From Macrostomum lignano (taxonomy: Eukaryota), in the NCBI GenBank assembly GCA_002269645.1, contig NIVC01001620.1:1-64000 (forward strand): 64,000 nucleotides of DNA, given 5' to 3'. The notes beneath the pieces are model-generated. The model searched no databases. It was not told the DNA's origin and was given only the letters and a program-made list of their open reading frames with translations. Below are positions 37,261-48,700 of this stretch, in pieces. Position numbers and translations under genes: made by a program. The stretch's first letter is position 1. Each line of letters opens with the position of its first letter.

Positions 37261-37919
37261 TACACGTGTAAGTCATGGCCAGCAGTAATGACTATATGTA
37301 CGAGCGTACGCATATATCCCTGACCTCGGTGTTGACGTGGCAACTCTAACCTACGAGCGTAAAAAAACTCTTTGTGTAAAGTAAAAAAAGTGTTGCTCAT
37401 GTACAATCACTATTTTAGTATGTTAGAGACTAAGACAAACACCCACAATTAGCAGTTTCCGTACCTACATGTAACCGCTAGCTTTCCATTATGCAATAAA
37501 TTATTGGTCCTTAATATGAACTTTTAGATAGCTACTGTACATGTGCTGTGCCAAAACTGATTACTTAGAAGTTCCTTGTTTTTTTAGGATTTCTTCCTTA
37601 TATTTGGGAGACTAATGGAGTATAGTGACATTAATGTACTTGTAGTACCCTAAATGTGCATGTAAAATGTTGCTATCAATAAATAGTGAGAGCATTTGAG
37701 ACGGCTCTGTAAGTCTCTTGCTGCTACGAGTATCTCACTCTATACCCCTGTACTCTCTCGTCTCTCTAACCTCTCCGAATCTTTCCATATCTTCTAAGCC
37801 CACGGAAAATTTCGCTTGAGTTACCCTTCTCATTTAACCACTAACTACTTACGCTTCAAAGACGCGAAATGTTCCCGTAAGAATTACAGGCAAGTTTTGC
37901 GATTGCAAAAAAGCTAGGC

Positions 37920-38330
37920 TACCCCCCCCCAGACAATTGTTTTTGCTGCGCCGGAACGGTACTACACAGGCACAAAAAATTCAAGAACACGGGCAAACTT
38001 TTTGTTGCACCCTCTTAAACAAGAATCAAGTCGCTAGCCCTCTGGACCGTCGAGATATTCAAAGATTCTGCCAGAAGGTCGGATTTTCCCATAAGCGCTG
38101 TGTTTTCAATACACCACTGTGCGGCAATCAGCACTGCGTCTCAGTGCAGCCTTGCCAAGCCTCCAAATTTCATCAGCACGTCGACCACATGTGTCTGCAT
38201 CATCTCTGACTTCGTTGGTCACTGGGCCTTCACCCAGGAGCTTGGCTGGACCTTCAACAGGTGGCGGCCAGTTGACTATGGACACGCTGTTACGAATTTC
38301 TCTCTAGTTTCGCCAGTGAAAAAAAATACA
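37920..38330. mobile_element. Dispersed repeat, copy 2 of the 16270-16715 family
   Basis: Same conserved blocks; carries the terminal segment at its left end in inverted orientation. Confidence 0.7.
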
Positions 38331-38499
38331 AAAAAGTATCGATTTTTCTGTATGGACTGAAGATTAAGTGAAGGTTAGGAAAATTGCTAAAAAATAAAAA
38401 GTCTTCTCTTTTGGGTGTCCATTAGTACGTCATGTTTCGTCTTCTTGAAGGTGATGCCGACGGCGTCGGGGTGATGACTGAATGCTTGAGAGACGCAAT

Positions 38500-38760
38500 C
38501 TTTAGCAGAATCAGAATTTGGTCAGCCAGTTTTTTCTCTAGCATTCTTACAATGCATCTCAAGACGAAAAGTTTATTTGAGCTTTGCAAAAAAACATGTT
38601 TTTCGAATATTTAATCCCTTTAGCATTGAGCAATTTCTTAGCCACGACCCATGTACCGTCATGGAGAAATTTCTGGTTGAATGGTGCAAGTTTCAGAAAC
38701 AGCTGAAAATGTTCGGCAGCTGAGGTTTCCCCATTAGTGAAGCTTGATATTTAGAAATAT
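38500..38760 (-). mobile_element. Helitron/HINE-like non-autonomous repeat (reverse copy of 52684-52990)
   Basis: The reverse complement shares ATGCTAAAGG.ATTAAATATTCGAAAAAC and AATGCATTGTAAGAATGCTAGAG with 52.8-52.9 kb. Confidence 0.6.
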
Positions 38761-39443
38761 CTCCCCCTTGGTAGTTCGGCGGGCGGAAAAATGGCTTGGT
38801 ATATTCCTACTGGTACGTACGTGCACCACGCTTGGCTTCATCATAAAATTGGAGGTTTTCTCTGCAGTTTGAAAAAAAAGTGACATGGAAATTTCGGTCG
38901 TGTATATGTATTACTATACATGTTTATTCTCAAGCTCGTTTCAATTACGGGAGGGGGTCAAAGCAAGGACCACTGTATAGTAGACACTTGGGTCAGAAGA
39001 AAAAATTAGTTTATAAAGCGCCGTGTACAAAATCCATGTGAAAAAGCAAAAGTATGCAGCCGACAGTGGCGCATTCATTTTAGTTTTTGAATTTACTTGT
39101 CCGTGTAACTATATATGAAGGTCAGCTAAAGAGAATTTTACTTGGCAGGACAATTTGGATTGAAGGCTTAAACTATTTGAGACTGAGGACTTTTTATTAA
39201 AAAATTTTCATTGCACCATAATATTCATGGCTATTTTAATTACTTTTACTGAATTTAACAGCCAAGTACGCATTTTTTCATATCTTTATTTTGTTTAAAT
39301 CTTACGTTGCATTCCATTTGCGCCAACAACACCATTTTTAAATGAATTATAAAGCTTCTTTTTAAAACTTGTGATTTATTGTATCTGGTATTTACCATAG
39401 CTTTTATTTCTTCATTCATTTCTTTCCAAACGACATAAGTCAA

Positions 39444-40644
39444 ATGGACAGCAAACCGGCATTGGGACGTGACTCGACTATGGCTGCGACTGCCAAGGTT
39501 AGTTTCGGTTGGGTTTCTACCTTTGATCAAAGTACAGGTTATTTCTTAAGTTTATAATCATGTCAGTCATTTTTCATTTCTTGGGTTTACATAGCCTAAT
39601 TGTGCTGGCAATCAAATAAGTAGCTTAAGTGTTGGTAAAGACAGTGAGTAAAACTAAAAAAATTAATAAATAAAATCGCTATATAAAATTGTCATAAGGA
39701 ACAGTGGACACAAATAAAATAGTTAAAGGAGACTCTAGGGAAGTAAGAGCTTATGTGGTTTAAAATATAAAGTTAAAACTGATATACAAGTATTACTATC
39801 CTTAACATAAAGAGTGCATATCGTGTTGCAATATATTTTTTAACTTAAGGCATAGCATCATTCTGTTTTTTTAGCTTATTTAGTAACATTTATTATATTA
39901 TTGTCAGTTTGATACTGAATATTTTGTTAATATTAATAAGAATAGTATTAACAATTATAATTTAATGCTAATAATTTTACTAATAATAAAATTTTATTAA
40001 TAATAATGACTTATTAAAAATGGTCAAATCATTTTCCTTTCTAGGTAGCCAAGCAAATCCTTGGGAAGGAGGCAAACAAGCTTGGCGACACCAGGGCTAC
40101 TACAAACATAATCAAGAAGACCAAGCTGAAACGCGCCTCTACTGTACAGAAGGTAGCTGATGAAGCCAAAGCTTTTCTTGGCCAGGTGAGCTATTATACA
40201 ATTTCAACTTGAATTTTTAGTATCCTTTTTAGAAAAGTCAAAAACATATTTCAGACCAGGGCATTCCTAATATTGTACATTGTCAACGCTAAAATGTCAA
40301 AAATAGTGCATCAGCACCAACCAACACAACTTCATGTAGCATTCCAGTCAAGCCCACTCCAGTCAAGCCCACTGTTTAATGTACAATACATTCACAACAC
40401 CAAGCAGCCTCGCTAGTGTACATTCTCAAAGCCAATCAATCCTACCCCCACTAATGTACGAGCTACATCCCTCCAAACAAACCGACCCCCTCTCCCCCAG
40501 GAGGTGTCGGTGAACGCCGGTCGGAAGCTGCGCACCCGCAAGCCTCGCCCGGCTGCCCCCGCCAAGCCGACGCCGAAACGAGCGGGCACCATGAAGACCA
40601 CCGCTAAGGAGGGCAGGGCCTTCCTCAAGTCGGCCGCAAAGTGA
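39444..40644 (+). CDS. Three-exon gene for a 112-aa basic protein with a triplicated motif (exons 39444-39497, 40045-40185, 40501-40644)
   Basis: MDSKPALGRDSTMAATAK|VAKQILG...LKRASTVQKVADEAKAFLGQ|EVSVNAG...PKRAGTMKTTAKEGRAFLKSAAK*. Donors GTTAGT and GTGAGC, acceptors TTTCTAG and CCCCCAG, all phase 0. Absent from the ORF track. Confidence 0.85.
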
Positions 40645-41477
40645 TGCCCTCTTGGTCGGCTACTCAGCTTCAAATGCTCTGTTGAGCAGAACAAAACTCA
40701 TTTTGACAATATACGAGTAAAAACAAGTTAAGCGGGTATATTTCTTTTTCGCTTGCCCGAGCTTGAGTAATTCATCCTTTTGCTCCTTCATCTTCTTAGG
40801 CAGCAGCCATTTTTTCTCTCGAATAAAATTCACCATCTCGAATTTTTTTCAACGAATATCTCTCGATGTTATAATTGTGCCTTGTTATTGTTGCATAAGC
40901 CTAATAAGCTACTTTGTTGCTAACTAGCTATATTACTTAAAAGTAGGAATTTTCTAAATTTAGTTTCTTTTCGAAATTGTTGTGTTTTTTTGTTTATTTT
41001 CATTCCTTTATGATTTTAAAAGCATGCTTCACTTTGAATTATAAAAACAAAAAAATCAATTGTTGTTGCGTGATAGAATTATCAAATCTAGTTTTTTGTT
41101 GTTTCTTTGAAGTTTTTTGAAGCAAATCTTGTTGCTTTTCGTTTGATTATTTCTGCACTGAAGTTAATTGGAAATCATTCTGGCAACATATTCTAACTGT
41201 GCTTTTTCTTGCAGCTTAACTAAGAAAGGACTTTTCATTAATATTTAATCTTTACACGCTTTGAAGTGACTTAGTTTGACAGAAAAACTTGGCACCTATT
41301 TATTACTTATAATAAATTTCAATTCATATTTACCACGCATCTTTAGACTCGTAAATCAATAAGTTAATTTACAATTTATTAATTGCTTAGATTTTTTCCT
41401 TTAATGTAATTGAGGATGACGCTGTAATTTGAGAATGATGCCATGTGAGACAACTCGGAATGTCGCACAGCCCATTT

Positions 41478-42292
41478 TTGTATCCTGTGAGGACGATGCT
41501 GTGTCAGACAGACCTCGGTCTGGTATCCTGTGAGGACGATGCTGTGTCAGACAGACCTCGTCTGGTATCCTGTGAGGACGATGCTGTGTCAGACAGACCT
41601 CAGTCTGGTATCCTGTGAGGACGATGCTGTGTCAGACAGACCTCAGTCTGGTATCCTGTGAGGACGATGCTGTGTCAGACAGACCTCAGTCTGGTATCCT
41701 GTGAGGACGATGCTGTGTCAGACAGACCTCAGTCTGGTATCCTGTGAGGACGATGCTGTGTCAGACAGACCTCAGTCTGGTATCCTGTGAGGACGATGCT
41801 GTGTCAGACAGACCTCAGTCTGGTATCCTGTGAGGACGATGCTGTGTCAGACAGACCTCAGTCTGGTATCCTGTGAGGACGATGCTGTGTCAGACAGACC
41901 TCAGTCTGGTATCCTGTGAGGACGATGCTGTGTCAGACAGACCTCAGTCTGGTATCCTGTGAGGACGATGCTGTGTCAGACAGACCTCAGTCTGGTATCC
42001 TGTGAGGACGATGCTGTGTCAGACAGACCTCGGTCTGGTATCCTGTGAGGACGATGCTGTGTCAGACAGACCTCGGTCTGGTATCCTGTGAGGACGATGC
42101 TGTGTCAGACAGACCTCAGTCTGGTATCCTGTGAGGACGATGCTGTGTCAGACAGACCTCAGTCTGGTATCCTGTGAGGACGATGCTGTGTCAGACAGAC
42201 CTCAGTCTGGTATCCTGTGAGGACGATGCTGTGTCAGACAGACCTCAGTCTGGTATCCTGTGAGGACGATGCTGTGTCAGACAGAACTCAGT
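41478..42292. repeat. 43-bp minisatellite (TGGTATCCTGTGAGGACGATGCTGTGTCAGACAGACCTCAGTC), about 19 copies
   Basis: Directly visible tandem units. Confidence 0.97.
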
Positions 42293-42788
42293 TTGTGTCA
42301 CAGTATTTTGTGCTCAAAACGTAGGCCTTTCTAAAGCAGCTGCTGCACACTCGTAGATGCCACTGTAGACGAAACAGCTTAAACCCCGATTAAAATACGC
42401 GAATTTCATATGAATGACTTCGTGTCACGCAGAAAGAAAACAAATTAAGAACAAATTTTAATCTCTAGCAAGTGACTCGCTTGATAATTTCAACAACTAA
42501 AATGATTTTTCTTGGCTAGTTTCCATGACTCAGTTCGATGCAAACAGCCACTGCTGCGAAGAACAGAAACCCCCACTTTGCATATCTTTCTTCTTTCTCA
42601 GCTATAGTCGCGATAAAATTAGCGAGCTTGGTGCAAGCAACTCTTCGTTGGCAAACGTAGGCCACAAAAAGTGTCCTTTTTGAACTCTTAAGTTTATAAA
42701 GTCCTGAGAGAAGGCTGAAAAACAATTTCAGGCAAAATAGTTTCTCAACACGCTCTCAACAGTAAAGGTTTGTTTAGCAGTTTATTTG

Positions 42789-45700
42789 ATGTCGTCGAAG
42801 GGATTGATCTTTGGCCTGCTGCTCCAGCTGCTCCTTCTGTGCAGCAGCTGCTTCGGCGCAGGGCAGCAGCGGCAGACTCCTGAGCTGAACCAAGCAGCAA
42901 TTCGAGCTGTCCTCGAAGCCGCCATGCGCTGTCAGAACCTGCCGCAGGTGCACACAGCCGTGGTACACGCAGGCATTCACCTTTACAGCTTCCGGCTGCA
43001 GCTGCACTCGAACGGTTCGGTGACTGACATCCCGAGGACTCCGTGCTGCTGCCGCTGGCCTCAATCAGCAAGGGAATGTTCTCTACAGCGCTGCCCTTCG
43101 TTCAGAAACAGCTGCAGGCCGACAGGAACGATCCCAATTTTGAGTGAGTGTCGGCTTCATGAACTAATTAAAAGTTAATTAAAATTTGGATTTTTCTCGA
43201 CTACCTATTCTCTGACGCACCTACCGATAGCCAAGCTTCTCTCAGACACATCTACCGATAGCCAAACTTATCTCAGACACATCTACCGATAGCCAAACTT
43301 ATCTCAGACACATCTACCGATAGCCAAACTTATCTCAGACACATCTACCGATAGCCAAACTTATCTCAGACACATCTACCGATAGCCAAACTTATCTCAG
43401 ACACATCTACCGATAGCCAAACTTATCTCAGACACATCTACCGATAGCCAAACTTATCTCAGACACATCTACCGATAGCCAAACTTATCTCAGACACATC
43501 TACCGATAGCCAAACTTATCTCAGACACATCTACCGATAGCCAAACTTATCTCAGACACATCTACCGATAGCCAAGCTTCGCTAAGACAAACCTACTGTA
43601 AATATAGACCGATTGTAATATTACTCAACTTTAAATAAACTTAAATGAGAGTAAAGTATTCAAATCTATACATTCAATACTCCAAATTCGCAGTCTCCTG
43701 ACAACCCCCATCAAGCAGCTGCTTGGTGACAGCGACTTCTGGTTCTTAGATCACGTGCGCACCGACGAGGTGACAATCGAGGACCTGACCAGCCACACAA
43801 CGGGTCTAAGCAGGCACGACGCTCTGTCCCTCTGGTCCGGCATCAAGACAAAGGCGGAGCTCGCTGAACTCACCGGGCGGTTTAACGCTACGGGCACTTT
43901 CAGAGGCTCGTTCATCTACAATAACCTGGTGTGGACCATCGCGGATCTGACTGTTGAACGCCTCACTGGCATGAATTTCACGGCCTATATGCGCAAGTTT
44001 CTGTGGCAACCGCTGGGCATGAACGGCGCGGTTGGCAGCTCTGAGGTGGACGCGCGCGGCCTGGTCGCCAAGCTGTTCCGGTCGTCGAAGCACTTCGGCT
44101 CAGGACCGGTGCCATTTGAACGCACCGATTTGGAGAGGTTGGAGTCGATATTTTTACAACTTTCCGCTGTATTGTTGACAAACACGCTCAGAGGGGTTCA
44201 TTATGTATAACCCTGCACTTGGAATTAGACTGCTGATGACCTTAATTGTGCGTTTCAAACACCGTCTACCGAACAGTAGCAAGAAAAGAATGAAGTGAAT
44301 CCCTCATAGTGTTTAAAAAAATCGCACTGATAATGAAGTAGAAATTTTAACGTGTATCCACAAGGTTTGAAGACCAATTCACCCGGTCCATAATCTCGTT
44401 ATGCACGTTACGTCACAGTTTTACTGGCTGTTCTGTTTTTCCTTTCAGAACCTTGGACATTGTGGAGGCCGCAGGTGGCATCTACGCTCCACTAGGCGAC
44501 ATGGTGAAGTACATGCAGCACCACACCGCCGCAAACTATTCGAGTTTCCTGCCGCCGCCGCCGCCATTCAAGTCTGTCAACGGGTTCAATGCTGGACCAG
44601 CGTTCGATCCGCGGCTGCTGAACTACTCGAATGTCAGGCTGGCTGACCTGCCCGACATCGACACCGAGTCCTATGGGCACGGCTGGAGCCGCCAGTGGTA
44701 CAGGGGTGAGCACTGAGGCACTGCTTTTACAGATTCCAGCAGAAACAATTTCAGATGGATCCCTACAGTTCCCTTTCAGGTTCCTTTCAGGTTCCTTTCA
44801 GGTTCCTTTCAAATCCTTTCAAATCCTTTTAGATCCCTTCAGATTCCTTCAGATCCCTTCAGCTTCCTTTAGATTCTTTAGATCCCTTCAGATCCTTTCA
44901 GCTACCTTCAGCTCTCTTCAGTTCCCTTCAGCTCTCTTCAGCTCCCTTCAACTCCGTTCAGCTCCTTTCAACTTTCAGCTTTCAGCTTTCAGCTTTCAGC
45001 TTTCAGCTTTCAGCTTCCTTTAGCTCCCTTCAGATCCCTTCAAACCCCCTTCAGATCTCTTCGGATCCCTACAGATCCCTACAGCTTCCATCTCCCACCT
45101 GCACTGCAGACAGTCTGTCCTACGAGCACTCCGGCTCCGTGTTTGACGCCAACTGCCACCTGCGGGTACTACCGAAGCGCCGCCTCTCTGTGTTCGCCCA
45201 CACCAGCCTGGGCCGGTCCGACTCGCCCTCACAGTCCGCCTACGCCAACATTGTCAGCCAGTACATCACGGACCTGCTGTTGCAGAATTCCTCATATGTA
45301 ACCCAGGAGAATGTGTGCTCGCTGCTCAGAGATAACTCTGCCGAACCGCCAATTGTTGTACCGAGACGGTTGCTGAGCCAGGCTGATTTGCAGACCTGCG
45401 TTGGAAGGTGGGCTGTTAAATTTATTGGATCAGGTGTAGAATTGTTTAAAGCTTCTTGAGTTGACTTACAGGATTTGAAGCACCATGAATTGACCTACAG
45501 TATTTTGAGCATCATGAGTTGACTCACAGGACTTGAAGCATCATGAGCTGACTCACAGGACTTGAAGCATCATGAGTTGACTCACAGGACTTGAAGCATC
45601 ATGAGTTGACTTACAGGACTTGAAGCATCATGAGTTGACTTACAGGACTTGAAGCGTCATGAGTTGACTCACAGGACTTGAAGCGTCATGAGTTGACTCA

Positions 45701-48700
45701 CAGGACTTGAAGCATCATGAGTTGACTCACAGGACTTGAAGCATCATGAGTTGACTCACAGGACTTGAAGCATCATGAGTTGACTTACAGGACTTGAAGC
45801 GTCATGAGTTGACTCACAGGACTTGAAGCATCATGAGTTGACTCACAGGACTTGAAGCATCATGAGTTGACTTACAGGACTTGAAGCGTCATGAGTTGAC
45901 TCACAGGACTTGAAGCATCATGAGTTGACTTACAGGACTTGAAGCGTCATGAGTTGACTCACAGGACTTGAAGCGTCATGAGTTGACTCACAGGACTTGA
46001 AGCATCGTGAGTTGACTCACAGGACTTGAAACATCATGAGTTGACTTACAGGACTTGAAGCATCATGAGTTGACTTACAGGACTTGAAGCGTCATGAGTT
46101 GACTCACAGGACTTGAAGCACCATGAGTTGACTTACAGGACTTGAAGCGTCATGAGTTGATAAGTCTATAAACTTTCGAAACCATTTTGAGCTGAACGAA
46201 TCGCTGTAGCTGGAAATTATCTTTGTCCAGTTTTTGCTTTAAAAACAGAAAAAATGTGAATTTGTATTCTTCCAAGGTTTGCTTTCTCGGGAGGGGTGTA
46301 GCCCAGTGGTCTGGCGCGGCGCTCTGATGTACCAGCGGCCCAGGCTCGATTCCAAGTGCAAGTCACATTAATCTAAATATACTAAATCTCTAAGGTTTTC
46401 TAAATATACTAAATCTCTAAGGTTTGTATGTTTGAATGCTTGTCCATAACGCTCTAGAGACTGCAATTCTCGACCGATTTTGATCGCGTTTTCGCCAAAA
46501 GATTCGTAATCAGCCTGGGATTGTATGGTTAAAATTTCTTGTATCTGCTTCAATGCTAAAGGGATTAAATATTCGAAAAACGGTTTTAAATGGGCAAATT
46601 CAATGTATTTTTTATCAAACTGCTCGCAGCGATAGAATTCACAGCCAATTTTAATGATTGCGCCAGAGCCAACTGATCAGAAAACTCAGTGAGCCCCACT
46701 GCCCAGATAATTACTTTATTTAAATTGCGCAACCATACCAGGGGTCAAAAATAAAATTACTCTGAATGCTGGGCATATTCTAAAACTCTAATCTATGTCC
46801 ATGTAAAACGCTCTACAGACTGCAATTCTTGACCAATTTTGATCGCGTTTTCGCCAAAACATTCAAAATTGTCTGAAAAGAAGACAGTTAAAATTTCTTG
46901 TAGGTGCTTTAATGTTAAAGGTATTAAATATTCGAAAAACGAGCTTTTCGAATGCTTTTAATAAAAGGCCAAGCAAGGTTGAATTCTTGACTGGCTGAAT
47001 TTTCATTCTAATTATAATTGCGCCACAACTGCGTTCTGCATATTCTCGCTATAAACTGACTCTGAGCTTTTTAGGTGGACGCAGTGTGCCAAGAATTGCG
47101 CAAGCATTTAACTGCTCAGTGGCTGTGTGTGCATTCTTCTGACCCTGGCTGAATGGCTCCGTCAGAACCAAACCTGAGCACACTGAGCATGCCTAACACT
47201 GCTATGTATTTGACTGCAATGTCGAAGCATATATGGCTGATTTTTGCGCCCTTCCATCAGTAGGCGGAATAGCCGCAGTGTAGGCACTAGGACTAGGTTT
47301 AGGCTAGGCGTAAGGTCCCAGGTTCGAGTCCACCTACTCGGTGGATAATTAAAACAAATTAATTCATTCATTTGTAGCTTGTGACTCGACTGAATATAAC
47401 ATATTTTTTATTAATTTTAATTCCAACATTTTTTTATTAATGCAAATTAATTTTTGCTACTTGGCACAAGCCACTTACCAAATTTGATTTTAAAAAACTG
47501 CTTCGTGTATTACTGATCCCATCAATGAGTACTGCCTAGCTCCATGAAAGTATGAAATTGCTATTAAACTGCAGACTTTTCTGCTAAAATTGGTTATAAG
47601 TATTGCTAAATTTTGAGCTTTTTAAGAATGCCGATATGAATTGAAAATTGATTAGTGAGCCGTAAAATGCTGAGCACATTTTTATATTATTGGAGATGAG
47701 AACTGCAGATGCTGAGGGGAACTGCAGATTGTCGAAGCTATCATTCATGCACAGTGGATACTTGCAGGCTGCTAAGAGTATGACTGCAGTCTGTTTGCGG
47801 GATTAGAAGTGATAGCTAATTTCAGGTTGTTGTGGAGATAACTGCCGATTTCTGGGGGGAGGGGTTAACTTCAAACTGCTGAAGTTACTAAACCTCTTGA
47901 ATAGTATAAGGCTTTTAGTAGAAGGTCGGAAGCTCGAGTCTACATTGGAGCAGCGAATTTATCTTTGTGACAATAATCATTGTTTTTTATGAGGATTCAT
48001 GCCAATTTTTCACATTTTAATTTTGTAGATACTTTTGCTGGGGCTACGCTAAGCTTTAAGAGCAGCGCTAATCGGGGAGAGCAGTGCTAATCTGATGTAC
48101 AAAATAAAATAATAAATATGTAAGGGGATTACAAATCAACTTTAACCTGCAAGTTGCAAAAACATTTCCAATTGTTTCGATTATCCAGAAGAAACATGGC
48201 CATAGGCAAATATTAGTGCTGTGCTGGTGAAGCATTGCTGAAATGGTGGTGAACCATTGCTGAAATGCTGGTGAACCATTACTAAACTGCAGAAAGCTAT
48301 TGTGAATTGTATTATTTTAATACAAACTTCTTTTAGAAAGAAGAAAATGCAACGCAAGAAAAAGCGAACAAGAATCATCATGTTAATCATAAAAGAAGCG
48401 CTCTGTCGAATGTAAAAGTCTCATAGGCAATTGTGAAGACTGTTAAGATCGCTAAGACTATTGCTACGAGCACAATGCTGCTATGACAAATTGCTGTGAT
48501 ATCAAGACTCATGGGAGAATTTATAAGATCTCAAGACTCAAGGGGAATTGCTATAATTACGAGTGTATGTCATTCTGGAGAGAATTTCTTTGATTTCAAG
48601 GTTCATTTGTCAAACTTCTGGGGTATCAAGGCTCATTAAAAATGCTTTGCTGTCAAGGCCTATACGCTCGTAGAGATAACTACTGGAATGCTGTGGCTGT

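Noticed and set aside
40501-40644. Histone H1
   Set aside because: The tail is K/P/A-rich, but the spliced 112-aa product has no winged-helix globular domain.
41478-42292. Regular 29-43-bp repeats resembling CRISPR arrays (also 45.5 and 57.2 kb)
   Set aside because: Units are head-to-tail with no unique spacers, there are no cas genes, and the context is eukaryotic.
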